The position numbers were made by a program, and so were the translations under genes. The notes below the pieces were generated by a model. That model was not told the origin of the DNA and ran no database searches. It was given only the letters and a program-made list of their open reading frames with translations. From Marsupella aquatica (lineage: Eukaryota > Plantae > Marchantiophyta), in NCBI GenBank assembly GCA_973895155.1, contig OZ316892.1:510917-574916 (forward strand): a DNA stretch of 64,000 bases, read 5' to 3'. Below, in pieces: positions 1-11,025 of the stretch. Each line of letters starts with the position of its first letter. Position 1 is the first letter of the stretch.

Positions 1-2
1 CT

Positions 3-1679
3 AGGCCGAATGTGCAAAGATTTGCGGCGTGCTATAATTGTGGTCAACCTGGCCATTTTGCTAGAGAATGCCCGAATGCACGCAAACAGGGTGATGGACA
101 ACCAGCTCAGCTATGTATGGGATGCCGACAGGAAGGTCATATGCTAGGGCAATGTCCTACTTGGTTGGCAGGCCTGGCCGCAAATCATAAGCTTTTGCCG
201 ATCAAGATCTTACCGCCAGGTACTACCCCCGGAGGAGTTCAAATCAACCACATCGAACTAGGATGGCAAGAGGATGTCGAGGCAGAGTTCGTACCATCTG
301 ATGATGAGGCCGAAGCCCTATCAACCTTCTCAGAGGAGGATTTAGATCATGATTGCTACCGGGTCTCTACTCGATCTACCAGAAGGAAGGAAAGGTGGGA
401 TGGGCTGGCCAAAAATTAAGGGAAGGTTACGGAGGAAAGGATCGACTCTTCGTCAACATCAACAGAAGGAGAAGGGAGGGCTCCGGCAATACAGGTAAGC
501 CATGAGCCCACCAGTGAAACCAATCCTTCACAAGATAGCGACTTCAATCGAGATCATCCTAAGTTGTTCTACCCCTCTGTTACGGCTAGTGTTAAGGAAC
601 AACTAAGAGAATTAGAAACCCTGGAGAATACCGAAGCCATTGCCAAGGATGTAAAACGAGCAAAAGCATTGTTTGCTTCGGAAGACCCAACAGCTGTGGA
701 GACTAGCGTGGCAAAACTGGCCGAATCCAAGACGGAAACACCACCAGAAGAGAAGCCGATTGTTCCCTATGACCTGGCTAAAGATGTACTAGAATCTAGA
801 GTCTCGGCAACAGTAGGTCAACTATTGAAAAATAGCCCGTACTTCCGGAAGCAATTAAGGAAGGCTATTCTCGGCAAGCCGAGATTACCCAAGGTAGCAA
901 CCAGATCCGACGTACTAATGATAGAAGAAGATCAAGGAGCCCCAGCATTACCATTAATGATTCAAGGAGAATTATTACTACGGGTACCCATCGATGGAGG
1001 ATCAGGGGTATGTATTATGATTGATTCAACAGCAAAAGGGTGGGGTCTAACACCGGAGATGACTGGAAGAGTGTTGAACATGGCCAATGGATATCAGGTC
1101 ATTCCGACGGGAGTGTTAACCGGCATCAAGACAGAGATAGGAGGTATCTTCTTTAGCATTAACTATGTAGTAATGAAGCCGGTAAATCCTACGTCATTCC
1201 GGCTATTGATTGGTAGGCCATGGCTGTACCTAGCCGAGGTAATAGAAGATTGGGGTAAAAAGCAGTTCACTTTCGGGACCCCCTCTATCACGGTATCCTG
1301 GGACACTAAGGATGACCGTAGGAAAAGCATAAGGGAAGTAGATGGGTACGATAGTGGACTGGAGTCAGCCGATGAAGTACGTTGGTTAGAATGCCTCACT
1401 AACCTAACCGAAGAAGGTGTCTTTGGACCAGAGGTACCCCCCAGCGGATTATGGCAAGAACCAATGGAAGGTGACTTGGAAGAAGAAGACGAAGAGGTCG
1501 AGGACTGCTTTACAATAGAATCCACCTTTTTAGCTGCAATTCCGGAGGAAGTTAAGGATGTAGACCAATTGGATGAAACGGCTAAGTGGGGAGCAGTAGT
1601 AGGGACAGTGGATTTTCTGCAGGCGTTGTGGCAGAGCCGACGGGGTCCACAACGCCATCGATCATCGGCAAGGAATTAA
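3..1679 (+). CDS. gag: gag-protease polyprotein (partial; one in-frame TAA at 417-419)
   Basis: Zinc knuckles CYNCGQPGHFAREC and CMGCRQEGHMLGQC; aspartic protease motifs VPIDGGSGVCIM and LLIGRPWL. ORFs 12-419 and 564-1679 share a frame, and 420-563 is open. Confidence 0.85.
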
Positions 1680-4600
1680 ATACCAAGGGATCGGCATACA
1701 AGCCGATTACGAGGGCAAAACAAATTGAGGCCCTATTAGAAGCCGAGAGAGCACAGCGGCCTAACTCTCAGGAGCAAGAGGTGGATGAGATGGACAGACA
1801 CGATCTAGAGCCAAGGCAGGAAGGGGAGCCGACCACTAATTCAAAACCGAATAGACCGGTAAGGGGACAATCTATGGACACCAAGGAAGGGACCGACTCG
1901 GCTAGTCCAGCCGAGATCCCAGTTTATGGAGGTATGAGATTAGAGAGACTGGAAGCCGAACTGGACCCGAATTTGAAGAAGCAGATTAATATGATCCAAG
2001 CACGGCAATATCGGAAGCTCGACTTAGGAGAGGGAAGAGAACTGAACTTAGGGAGAAACCTAGCACCTGAGCTCGAGAAAGAGATCAATGACTTATTGAT
2101 TGAATTTCAGGATGTGTTTGCATGGAGTCACCAAGATCTAAAGGGAGTAGATCCAACACTAGGGGAACATCGAATTGATCTCATGTTAGGAGCCAAATCA
2201 TTTCGACAACCAATTCGAAGGATGAACCCGAAGTATTCCCTGCTGGTCAAAACAGAAATCGACAAACTAGTGGAAGCTGGATTCATCACTCCAGTCCTGC
2301 ATTCAGACTGGGTGTCTCCAATTGTGATAGTTCCCAAGAAAGCTGGACCCGATGGTAAACCCAAGATCCGGGTTTGTCAGGATTACAGGAAGCTGAATGA
2401 AGCAACATTAAAAGACCATTTTCCTTTACCGTTTACTGATATGGTACTAGACATGGTAGCCAGTCATGAACTATATTCATTCATGGATGGATACTCTGGT
2501 TATAACCAAATCAGGATTCGGCAGGAAGACCAAATCAAGACGGCCTTCATCACGGAATGGGGGATCTATGTCTTCAATCATATGCCGTTTGGACTCTGCA
2601 ACGCACCAACTATGTTCCAACGATTAATGGTGAACATTTTTCATGATTACTTGAGAAAGTTCATGGAAATCTTCATTGATGACTTTGCAGTATTCGGGAA
2701 GGCATCGAAACATGCTAAATACCTCAGGAAAACCTTCATGAGATGTAGAGAGGTGGGTCTCAAGTTACACCCAGATAAATGTTTTTTTGCAGTAACCGAG
2801 GGGGTGCTACTAGGTCACAAGGTATCAAGGAAGGGCATTGAGATTGACAAAGGTAAGCTAGCAGTATGGCTAGATATCATGCAACCTAAGAACATAAAGG
2901 ATGTAAGATCCTTCTTGGGATGCATTGGTTACTATCGCCGGTTCATCAAGGATTTTGCCAAGCTAGCTTTACCATTAACCAATATGCTCAAGGCAGGAGC
3001 AGACTTCGAACCCACACCCGAACGAGTCACAGCGGTGGTAGAATTGAAGCAGATGTTAGTAGAGGCCCCAGTCATGATAGCACCGGACTGGAACAAAGAT
3101 TTTCATGTTTTTGTAGATGTCTCGGGCTTCTGTATTGGCTCAGTACTAAGTCAGTTGGATGAGAAAGGAAGGGACCATCCCATATACTTCGCAAGCCGTC
3201 AGCTTGCCGATGCCGAACGGAACTACTCTACCACGGAAAGAGAAGCATTAGGAGTCATTTATTCTTGTAAAAAGTTTAGGCATTATTTACTAGGGTACAA
3301 GGTAATCTTTCATACTGATCATGAAAGTTTGAAGTACCTAGTCAATAAGCCGGACCTTACAGGCAGAGTAGCAAGATGGATTTTGCTATTACAGGAGTTT
3401 GACTATGAGCTGAGGATCAAGCCGGGAAAGTTACATGCCAATGCCGACTTCTTTTCAAGGATCACAGGTAAACCTGCCACGGATTGCATCGATGATCGAT
3501 TCCCCGACGAGGAGCTATTCGTTGTGGAAATAGCTGGTACATGGTACCCTGAGATTTTACAATTTCTCAGCACTTCCAGATTACAGCCAGGATTAAGCCG
3601 AGAGCAAGCCGCAGTCTTTGTGCGGAAGGTCAGACAGTATCAGTGCATTAAAGGCATACTGCACAAGCATGGAATCAACGGCACGATTCAAAGGTGTTTG
3701 GAAAAGAGAGAGGTAAAACGAGTCCTACGGGCCATGCATGGAGAGGAGGCCGGAGGACATTTTGCCCCAGTAACCACATCTAAGAAGATATTAAATGCCG
3801 GTTACTGGTGGCCCACCTTGCACAAAGATGTCTATCAGTTTATCAAACAATGCGATCCTTGTCAACGAGCGGGAGGACCAAGGGCGTCCACCAGGCATCC
3901 ACTGCACCCTATTCTACCTCTGGCACCATTCGAGAAGTGGGGTATTGATTACATTGGACCTCTGAAACCACTGACCCACCCTCGACGGAACAAGTACATA
4001 ATCCTGGCTACGGATTATGCAACTAAATGGGTAGAGGCCAGACCAACAACGAAGGATGATGCAATTACTACGGCTAGATTCATGTATGAGCAGATCTTCA
4101 CCAGGTATGGAGCACCCCTAGAATTAGTTAGTGATAGAGGAACCCATTTTTTGAATGATATAATTAGTCGTTTAAATGAGCAATATTTAGTTAAACATAG
4201 GCCTACTACTCCCTACCATCCAAAGGCAAACGGGTTGACAGAACGAGCAAACGGGATCATAGGAAAGATATTGAACAAGACAGTAGCTCAGAACAAACTC
4301 GATTGGGATGATAAATTGTTTGCTGCTGTTTTTGCTTACAATCTGGCCTATAAATCCACTACCGGTCATACACCCTTCTTCTTAACCTTTGGACAAGAAG
4401 CCCTGGTACCCATGCAACTTGAGATACCGACATTTCAAGTTACAATTGAGGAAAGAGCCTCAGCGGAGGAGAGCCTAAAGGAGCGAGAATATAGGTTAGA
4501 AGCTTTAGAGGAAGCGAGAATGATTTCAGCCGAGAGAGTAGAATATAGACAGAATATCATGAAGCAGCAGTATGATAAAAGGTTAAAAGTAGTTAGTATT

Positions 4601-4852
4601 CATACCGGTGATCTTGTGCTACTTTATGACAGTAGGTATAGTAGGTTTCCAGGAAAGCTTTACACTCGCTGGTTAGGACCCTTTAGAGTAACCATGATGT
4701 TCCCCAATGGCTCCGTGCAATTGGCCAACATTACGGGAGAGGTATATCCAGTTCGCATCCATTATGACCGCCTCAAGAAATACTATATGGACGAAGATGA
4801 AGTTGTTCGCGAGGACGCTTCACAATTAAGTGGGGAGCTATGTGATGCCTAG
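1586..4852 (+). CDS. pol: pol: reverse transcriptase, RNase H, integrase (intact ORF, probably entered by frameshift at ~1610)
   Basis: RT motifs CQDYRKLN, MPFGLCNAP, FIDD; RNase H FVDVS...NYSTTEREAL; integrase HHCC zinc finger, D,D(35)E core (WGIDY, SDRG, ERAN) and GPF motif. The stop codon lies just inside the LTR. Confidence 0.96.
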   Translation: MGSSSRDSGFSAGVVAEPTGSTTPSIIGKELNTKGSAYKPITRAKQIEALLEAERAQRPNSQEQEVDEMDRHDLEPRQEGEPTTNSKPNRPVRGQSMDTKEGTDSASPAEIPVYGGMRLERLEAELDPNLKKQINMIQARQYRKLDLGEGRELNLGRNLAPELEKEINDLLIEFQDVFAWSHQDLKGVDPTLGEHRIDLMLGAKSFRQPIRRMNPKYSLLVKTEIDKLVEAGFITPVLHSDWVSPIVIVPKKAGPDGKPKIRVCQDYRKLNEATLKDHFPLPFTDMVLDMVASHELYSFMDGYSGYNQIRIRQEDQIKTAFITEWGIYVFNHMPFGLCNAPTMFQRLMVNIFHDYLRKFMEIFIDDFAVFGKASKHAKYLRKTFMRCREVGLKLHPDKCFFAVTEGVLLGHKVSRKGIEIDKGKLAVWLDIMQPKNIKDVRSFLGCIGYYRRFIKDFAKLALPLTNMLKAGADFEPTPERVTAVVELKQMLVEAPVMIAPDWNKDFHVFVDVSGFCIGSVLSQLDEKGRDHPIYFASRQLADAERNYSTTEREALGVIYSCKKFRHYLLGYKVIFHTDHESLKYLVNKPDLTGRVARWILLLQEFDYELRIKPGKLHANADFFSRITGKPATDCIDDRFPDEELFVVEIAGTWYPEILQFLSTSRLQPGLSREQAAVFVRKVRQYQCIKGILHKHGINGTIQRCLEKREVKRVLRAMHGEEAGGHFAPVTTSKKILNAGYWWPTLHKDVYQFIKQCDPCQRAGGPRASTRHPLHPILPLAPFEKWGIDYIGPLKPLTHPRRNKYIILATDYATKWVEARPTTKDDAITTARFMYEQIFTRYGAPLELVSDRGTHFLNDIISRLNEQYLVKHRPTTPYHPKANGLTERANGIIGKILNKTVAQNKLDWDDKLFAAVFAYNLAYKSTTGHTPFFLTFGQEALVPMQLEIPTFQVTIEERASAEESLKEREYRLEALEEARMISAERVEYRQNIMKQQYDKRLKVVSIHTGDLVLLYDSRYSRFPGKLYTRWLGPFRVTMMFPNGSVQLANITGEVYPVRIHYDRLKKYYMDEDEVVREDASQLSGELCDA
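1610..1669 (+). promoter_or_regulatory. Putative -1 programmed ribosomal frameshift signal (slippery heptamer plus H-type pseudoknot)
   Basis: G GAT TTT at 1610-1616 is in correct phase for gag-pro to pol (-1), followed by a 5-nt spacer. Stem 1 is GGCGTTGTGG (1622-1631) / CCACAACGCC (1647-1656); loop GCCGA (1636-1640) pairs with TCGGC (1665-1669). Confidence 0.75.
4828..4837 (+). other. Polypurine tract of family A element
   Basis: AAGTGGGGAG sits 3 nt before the LTR-initiating TG; the same arrangement occurs in copy 3 (~61903-61912, minus). Confidence 0.75.
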
Positions 4853-4955
4853 ACAGGAATCACTCGACCGGTTAAGTGGGTAAAGCAGGAAGGCACCCTA
4901 GGAACACCTTAGTATAGTGACAAAACAAGGAAAATATAAACAATTAGGGGCAACC

Positions 4956-7900
4956 ATGGAACCCGGGCAGAGGCCGGAGGTAAGGCTGAGGGTGAAAACC
5001 CGATTAGGGTTAGGGCGCGTTAAGCGTCGGCGGCTAGGAAGGATCAACGGGAAGAAGGACCGGCAGAGGAGAGGGGTAAGGAGCGCTTGCAGGAGATGGT
5101 GGCTCATTTGCGAGCACGAACTAGGCAGACGACTACGGGAGGCCAACTACTGTCAGCTGCTTAGGCAAGCACTCGGGGAGAGAGTAGATACCGACGATCG
5201 ACCTAAGGAGGGTATGAGCAACGTCAATCAAGCGGCACATTTCTGGGGATGCCTGTTCGAACAGGCAACTGAGTACATCAAGACTTACGAGGACGAGGAG
5301 TCAGAAAGGGCAGCTCGAGAACGGCAGGAGCTCGCTCGATTGTGGGAGCTGCACAAGACGGCTTTCTTAGGAGGCGAACTCATCAAGGACGAGTTCCTGT
5401 GGACGCCTACTTCCAATCAACTCGACGATCTTCTGTTTTGCAAAGACAGCGTCGTCGGCATCCGAGAGGCCATCAAGAACTGCAACGACATACACTGGGA
5501 ATTAAAGGGTAGCACGGAAAGGTGGACCCGGGCAACGGTGCTAGGAGAAACCTCCACGGCAGCAGAGATGAAGAGGAAGGGAGCCGTCAACGATGAAGCC
5601 ACCCCGGCAAAAAGAACGAGGTCGGCGGCACCAAAGAAGCCAGCCGAGCAGCAGAGCAGGAGGCAGGGAGAAGCCGAAGAGGAGGAGGTCGATCCCATCA
5701 AGGCCATTCCAACCAGGGATGACACCTGGAAGGGCTGGGCGGCAACCCTACCGGTGGAGGTGCAACTACATTTTGCACGGGAGGAGGATGCATGCTTTAC
5801 GGCCATGCAGACCAAGAAGTACCAAGGCTTCATGGCCGGATCCGGCTTGGAGGCCTTTGTAAGATTACCATGGCTGAAGCCGGAGGTACCGGAGTCAGAC
5901 CTATTAGAATTCGTGGGGTCATGGGAACCCGAGACCAATTGCACGAGGATATATGGGAAGGATTTCTATCTTACTCCCAAGGTAATTGCCGAAGTGTTTG
6001 GCTTGCCGATGGGCAATAAGACCAAAGTTGATACCAGGAAGACCTTGCCTGACAAGGAGTTCCGGTCGTTCCCCGGGCCATCAACGAAGAATGGCTTCTT
6101 CCGGAGCACCTGCACCAACCCGCACATAGGAGAGATGATCGACTTCTTGCGGGTGACCATGCATTGTAACTTGCCGAGGGCAGAGATCGGCAAGGCACAG
6201 GTCTATCTGGCAGAAAGGCCAGACCCAAGCCGGGACTACAACGGGTACCTCCTCAACCAATTGAAGAAGATCTTAAAGGAGGAGCAGCAGGTAATCGGCA
6301 TGGGGAGCGTGTCGCGGCTTGGCTATCACATGCCGCTGTTGTGCCGGTATGCCAGAGGTCAGACTTTTGCCCCGGTACTTCCCCTGCAGGTAAGGGCACC
6401 CGAGGAAGCTCCAACACTGAGGCCGTTGGCTGAGAAGCCTCCACCACCTGTTAGTCCTACGATCGAGCAGGTGTTTAGGCCCAGGAAGGAAGACTTGCCG
6501 ATGCAGCAACCAGGCATGTAGAGTCTGCTGAAACTACTGGAGAAAGAAAAGAAATCGGCATCGGCAACAACAACAACAACGGCAACGGCAACAATGCAGG
6601 ACACTACTACAGAGGTAGGCCTACACCGGCTCACAAGAGAAAACCCCTTTGCTGGAGACAAGGAGAGAATCAGGCCGGAATCCAAGCCAGGTGTTCGAAT
6701 GTACGTGGGAACCTCAAGCTCCGAATCTGAGGCAGAATTGCCTGAAGCTCCTACCGACGAAGAGGAGAGGGAGAAGCCGGACGTCCAAGAAGTAGAGGAG
6801 GCAGTGGAGGATTGCAGCCATGATAATTCCGGCTATGGGTCGGACCATCACATTCCAGGAGTAAGGACCTGTGGCCGGTTTGTCCCCACACTTCCAAGGG
6901 TAGTGCGAGGGGACCCCAACCAGCAGAGTAGCCCTGAGTCTCCCCCACCAGATGTTGCTCCCCCGAGCTTCGACGGCATAAAACAGACGGTGCAGGAATT
7001 TCAGGAGCGAATCAAGCAGGAGGAAGAGGCCGCCCTGGCTAAGGAAAAGGATTTACCAGGAGGAGATTGGCCGGAGGACATCAGGCGGCTAGCCGAAAAA
7101 GGAAGCAAACCTCTAGCCACGATTGAAGAGATCCGCAGGACGGCGTGGGAGCAGAGGCCACGATGGGCGATGCCGATCACTTCTACTTACTCCACCTACG
7201 CTAAGAATAGAGCCATGGAGTATGGTGAGATGTGTGGGGAACTTGCGCTCGACATCTTTGGAGAGGAGTTGGAGGTAGGACCCTTTTTCCATAGGGAGCA
7301 GTTGGAGAAGCACCAATTAGAAGAAGCAGTGGCTTTAGAGAGAAGCAAGAAGGACGAGGTCATTCGGCGGCTTAGGAGGATGGGAGCCGAGATTGAAGAT
7401 CTAAGGGCGGCCAAGAAAGCCCAAGATGAACTGCGGATTAAACGACATGAGCTGAACATCATGCAGGGGCAGTTGGACGCCGCCCAGGCTGATAATCAGA
7501 ATATCAAGGATAAACTGGCTCAGACGCAGGAAGAGTTGGCCGACACGATCAAAGAGAGGGAGAAGTGGAAGCAAGAGCTGAAGAATACAGAGGAGGCCCA
7601 CATAACAGCCAACAGCCGGGCCATGGCGGAGACCCAAAGAAAGGAATGGGCGTTGAAAGGGGAGCTCGAGAAAATCCGCGGAGCCCTTGAGCAGAAGGAG
7701 GTCGAGTTAGGGAAATCCTATCAAGGGATTATGGCGCTGCAGCAGGAGCTTGCGTCCCTGACGGCCAGCTTCAAGGCCGACCTAAGGGAGAAGGACTAGA
7801 TGCTCGAACAGACTTACGCCAAGATGAACCAGATGGAGTCTGTCATCATTGCAGAGCTCGACAAGGAGCTAAGAGCAACCCAGGAGGAGAGGGCTACCTT

Positions 7901-8585
7901 GAAGAAGGAATTGGAGGAAGCCCACAGGGAGCAGGAGGAGGCCAAAAACGAGCTGGAGGGGGCACGTAAGGACCTGGATGAAACCCAAGAGGAGTTGGAG
8001 GAAATCACGAGGAAGATGGAGAACCTACAGCGGCGGGCCGACAACCAAACAGAGCGGCTGAAGAAACAAGCCGCAGTATTTAAATGCTTAGCTGCAGCAG
8101 GTCCATCTCCCGTTGGGACAAACCAGTTACCAGGGGTGGTAATTGCCGAAGGACAAGCCGCGTCAACTGCACCAGTGCCGGAAGTAAGTGGGAAGGGGAA
8201 GGGACCAGCTGCTGAGCCACCAACGAAGAAGAAGCGGAAACCTCCAGGGTCAAGGAGTAATACGACTTCACAGGCCGTGGTGATCAAGGAGGTAGACCCA
8301 GCACCGACCCCAGACAGGGTCACGGCTAAGGATCCAACTACCCTAGGGGAAGGGGAGGCCGAAGCCGAGGGAGTGGCTGAAGCCGAAGCCGTGGGAGTGG
8401 CTGAGGCCGAAGCCGTGGGTATTGCCGAGGCCGGTGTCGAGGCTGAAGCCGAAGGTGGACCCAGTCAGGCCGATGGAGAGTTGACTCGGTCAAGGGCAGG
8501 TAATCTGTCAATAGGTGGGCCAACGGCAGTGGCTGAGGAGGAAGTGTTGGGGGCGTCCATTGAGGATCCACCACCGGTGTCGTGA
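4956..8585 (+). pseudogene. LTR-encoded accessory ORF (~1209 codons; basic N-terminus, plant-transposon/PMD-like domain, long coiled coil, NLS), broken by 2 stops
   Basis: ORFs 4917-6521, 6594-7799 and 7800-8585 share one frame. TAG 6519-6521 is CAG in copy 2 (59866-59868). Motif GLEAFVRLPW...LLEFVGSW...IYGKDFYLTPKVIAEVFGLP; heptad-rich region ~7300-8070; PPTKKKRKP. Confidence 0.85.
8353..8455 (+). repeat. Coding minisatellite (18-24 bp units) encoding AEAE(A/G)VG(V/I) repeats
   Basis: Repeated gaggccgaagccg/gtggctgaagccgaagccgtgg units. Confidence 0.7.
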
Positions 8586-11025
8586 CGGTGCAAGGGCGCC
8601 GTTCCTTTTAGGGAAGGCGGACGTGGAGGGAGGAGGCGTGAGTGGGCAGGGCGGGCGCGGATATCCACGTTTAGGATTAGGATCAGAACCAGGAGCGGCC
8701 CTGACACTTAGCTTAGTGGGATTGCGGTCCCACTGGTAGGAGCAACACTTGTGCTCCTGCCTTGCTGTACATAGGTAGATTCGGGCAAGTAGATTACTGT
8801 TAAGTAGATTAGGCTTACGATGCAAAGAATGGCGGATCCACTACCAGGATAAGTACCTGGGCAGCGGGGAGCTCAGGGCCTCTTCTTTAGCAAGTTTTTA
8901 GTTTGCACCAGCCGGGCTGGGATCAAGTAGTACGAGAAGCTCTCGGTTAGTCATACAGTGACCCTTGTGTATATTCATGTTTCCTCATGCCTAAGAGCTG
9001 AATAGAGTTGGCCTCACGGCTTAGTTCGCAGAACTTGTGTATGAGATGTACTGTTTGTATGGCAAGTGCATGGTATGACTCAGTCAGAATGAGTCATTTT
9101 GCTATTTGTGTGTCGCATTAACTTGTGTGAAGAGTGCCCACATCAACAGAAGGAAGGAAAGTAAGCAGGGGAGTGAGAGTTGGATGTGTCGAGCTGAGAG
9201 AGGTCTTAGCGGCTTAACCAAGCCTATTGGGGATCATTCCGGCGGCGGAATCCAAACATACTTAACAGGAAGACAGGGGAAGACAGGGGAAGGCCTATAT
9301 TAGGCCGGCTACGTATCTCATGACCCGATGAAGGATCTGTCCAGTATATGTGTGTAAAATGTTAATAGTAGTAGTAGAAGGTTAGCAGCGTCCCATGTCG
9401 CTAAGCCGCGGAAACGGCCTCGCCAAGCACGAAACCTGCGGGAATCGGCTTGAGCTGGGGGGTTTCTTGGGTTTAGGGAGCCATGGGACGCACTACAGTC
9501 CTCACTGTCTGCACAATCAACCAAGCTATCCGGTAAGTAACCCATAAGAATCTAGACCTCCCAAGTCTAGCATCCTAACTCAAGCTCGACAGACATTGGT
9601 AAGTAGGTCAGTGATAGGTCCTCCCAATGCCATAAGTCAAAACTAGAACCAACACCCACTATTCGTCTAGAACAGTTCCTTCCTTGGGTGCAACCCGGGT
9701 TCCTCCTTGTGTACCTATCCATGACCAACTAACCGCCCTGCCCCCAGAACATGCTCATGGCCCAATTAGCGTAGCTTGTCCTAAAGCTTCTCCCAACATG
9801 CCAAGATCAGAATGGCTCCAACTCTCGGTTCCCGCTCCACTGATGGTCTAGGAGCCAAGTGCCCTTGGAACTCAACCTCCATGCCTACTTGGCCTTGCCT
9901 CCCCAACGCAAGCTCCCTTGGGAGACTGAACACGGTTTGGCTGCTATCTCGATAGGATTTGGCAAGCGAGTGAGATATCCCCCGTAAACCCCAAGAACCC
10001 ATGACAACCCTAGACCCAACTGAGCTTAGGAGGATGTAGTCCTCCTTGAGAGCTTTCCAACGCAACGCAACCCGTTGGAAAGTTATCATCATTTATGTTT
10101 GGCGTTTTTCCTTAATGTCGCAACCGTCGCGGCCCACGACTTTGGCTCACCCTTAGCCCCCAGGGAAACACCACTCCCCTCATATATGATTTTGGAGACT
10201 TGCCATCCCCGGACCTATTTTGGCCCCCAAATTTGGGCGGGCCCCCACTAGACCCTAACCTGCATGTCTGGGCGCACCACCAACTGGCAATGTCCATAAC
10301 TTTCTAGTTAGGCATCTGTAAGTGGAGTGCCTTAGCCCATTGTGATTGAGCCGACCCAATGCTCATGCCTAGGCCCTCAGATCCTGTCATTGTCTGGGAC
10401 TCCCTATGGGCCAAACTTGCGGGTCATAACTTGCGACAGTTGCCCATGGAGTAAAATCCATTTGCCTTAGGCCCAAGATGAGCTCTCCTTCAAGCACTCA
10501 AAATTCAAAGTTTGTTCGGGGGTTCGGATGGTCGACCTTGAGCCCGGCCCGTTCCCCTTGACCCGACTAGCCCTCAACTAGTTTAAGTCCTAGTGTGTGT
10601 CACCAACTTAGCGTCTTGCCTTCACCAGTGCCACTCCCCATTGTTCACCAGTCTCCCCATGCTAAGTCCTCCGCGGATGGCCATTTCGGGCCTAGACCAT
10701 AGGGGAGCTCGGCGTCGGAGTCAGTGACGCCGGAGCTAAGTAAGGTAGTTGATTTTTGTGACTTTACTACTATGCAATGATAGATTGTAGATGTATGCAA
10801 CTTGGTTGACAGGTTCAGCCCAAAAACTATTATGCAACTTGGACTTACATAGCATGTTGCGTGCTTTCTCTAGTAATGTCTGATTCAACCATTCTGCAAC
10901 TCCATTATGCTACGGGGCCTCCAATACATGTAATGACGCTTGGGGCCAAAGTCCTGACCAAATTGGTCAAGCTCATTGGACTTATACTCGCCACCGTTAT
11001 TTGATCACACACTTCAACCACTCAC

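Larger units (their letters stand above)
1..9497 (+). mobile_element. Ty3/gypsy (non-chromovirus, Athila/Phygy/Selgy-like) LTR retrotransposon, family A copy 1; 5' part lies outside the window
   Basis: Order is gag (two CCHC knuckles), protease, RT, RNase H, integrase, with no chromodomain and no extra RNase H. PPT at 4828-4837; 3' LTR TGTGATGC...GCACTACA at 4841-9497. Confidence 0.93.
4841..9497 (+). repeat. Giant 3' LTR (4657 bp) of family A copy 1
   Basis: Starts TGTGATGC after the PPT, exactly where copy 2 starts (58188). Ends ...GCACTACA, exactly where copy 3 ends (60796). Imperfect terminal inverted repeat TGTGATGC/GCACYACA. Confidence 0.88.

Noticed and set aside
5417-8323. Antisense ORFs overlapping the LTR ORF (e.g. 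5417-5944, 7814-8323)
   Set aside because: These are shadow frames of a GC-rich, codon-biased coding strand with no domain signal.
4956-8585. Retroviral envelope (env) gene
   Set aside because: No signal peptide or hydrophobic TM segment is visible; the protein is charged, NLS-rich and coiled-coil, and it lies inside the LTR.
5049-8616. Short LTR produced by splicing out the ORF
   Set aside because: There is an acceptor-like ttccttttAG at 8602-8611, but the 5' junction has no GT/GC donor; a 6-bp microhomology explains the junction.
9498-10740. GC-rich segment after the LTR as an internal region or another defined element
   Set aside because: No PBS after 9497 and no recognisable ORF or termini; probably an unclassified TE remnant that received the insertion.
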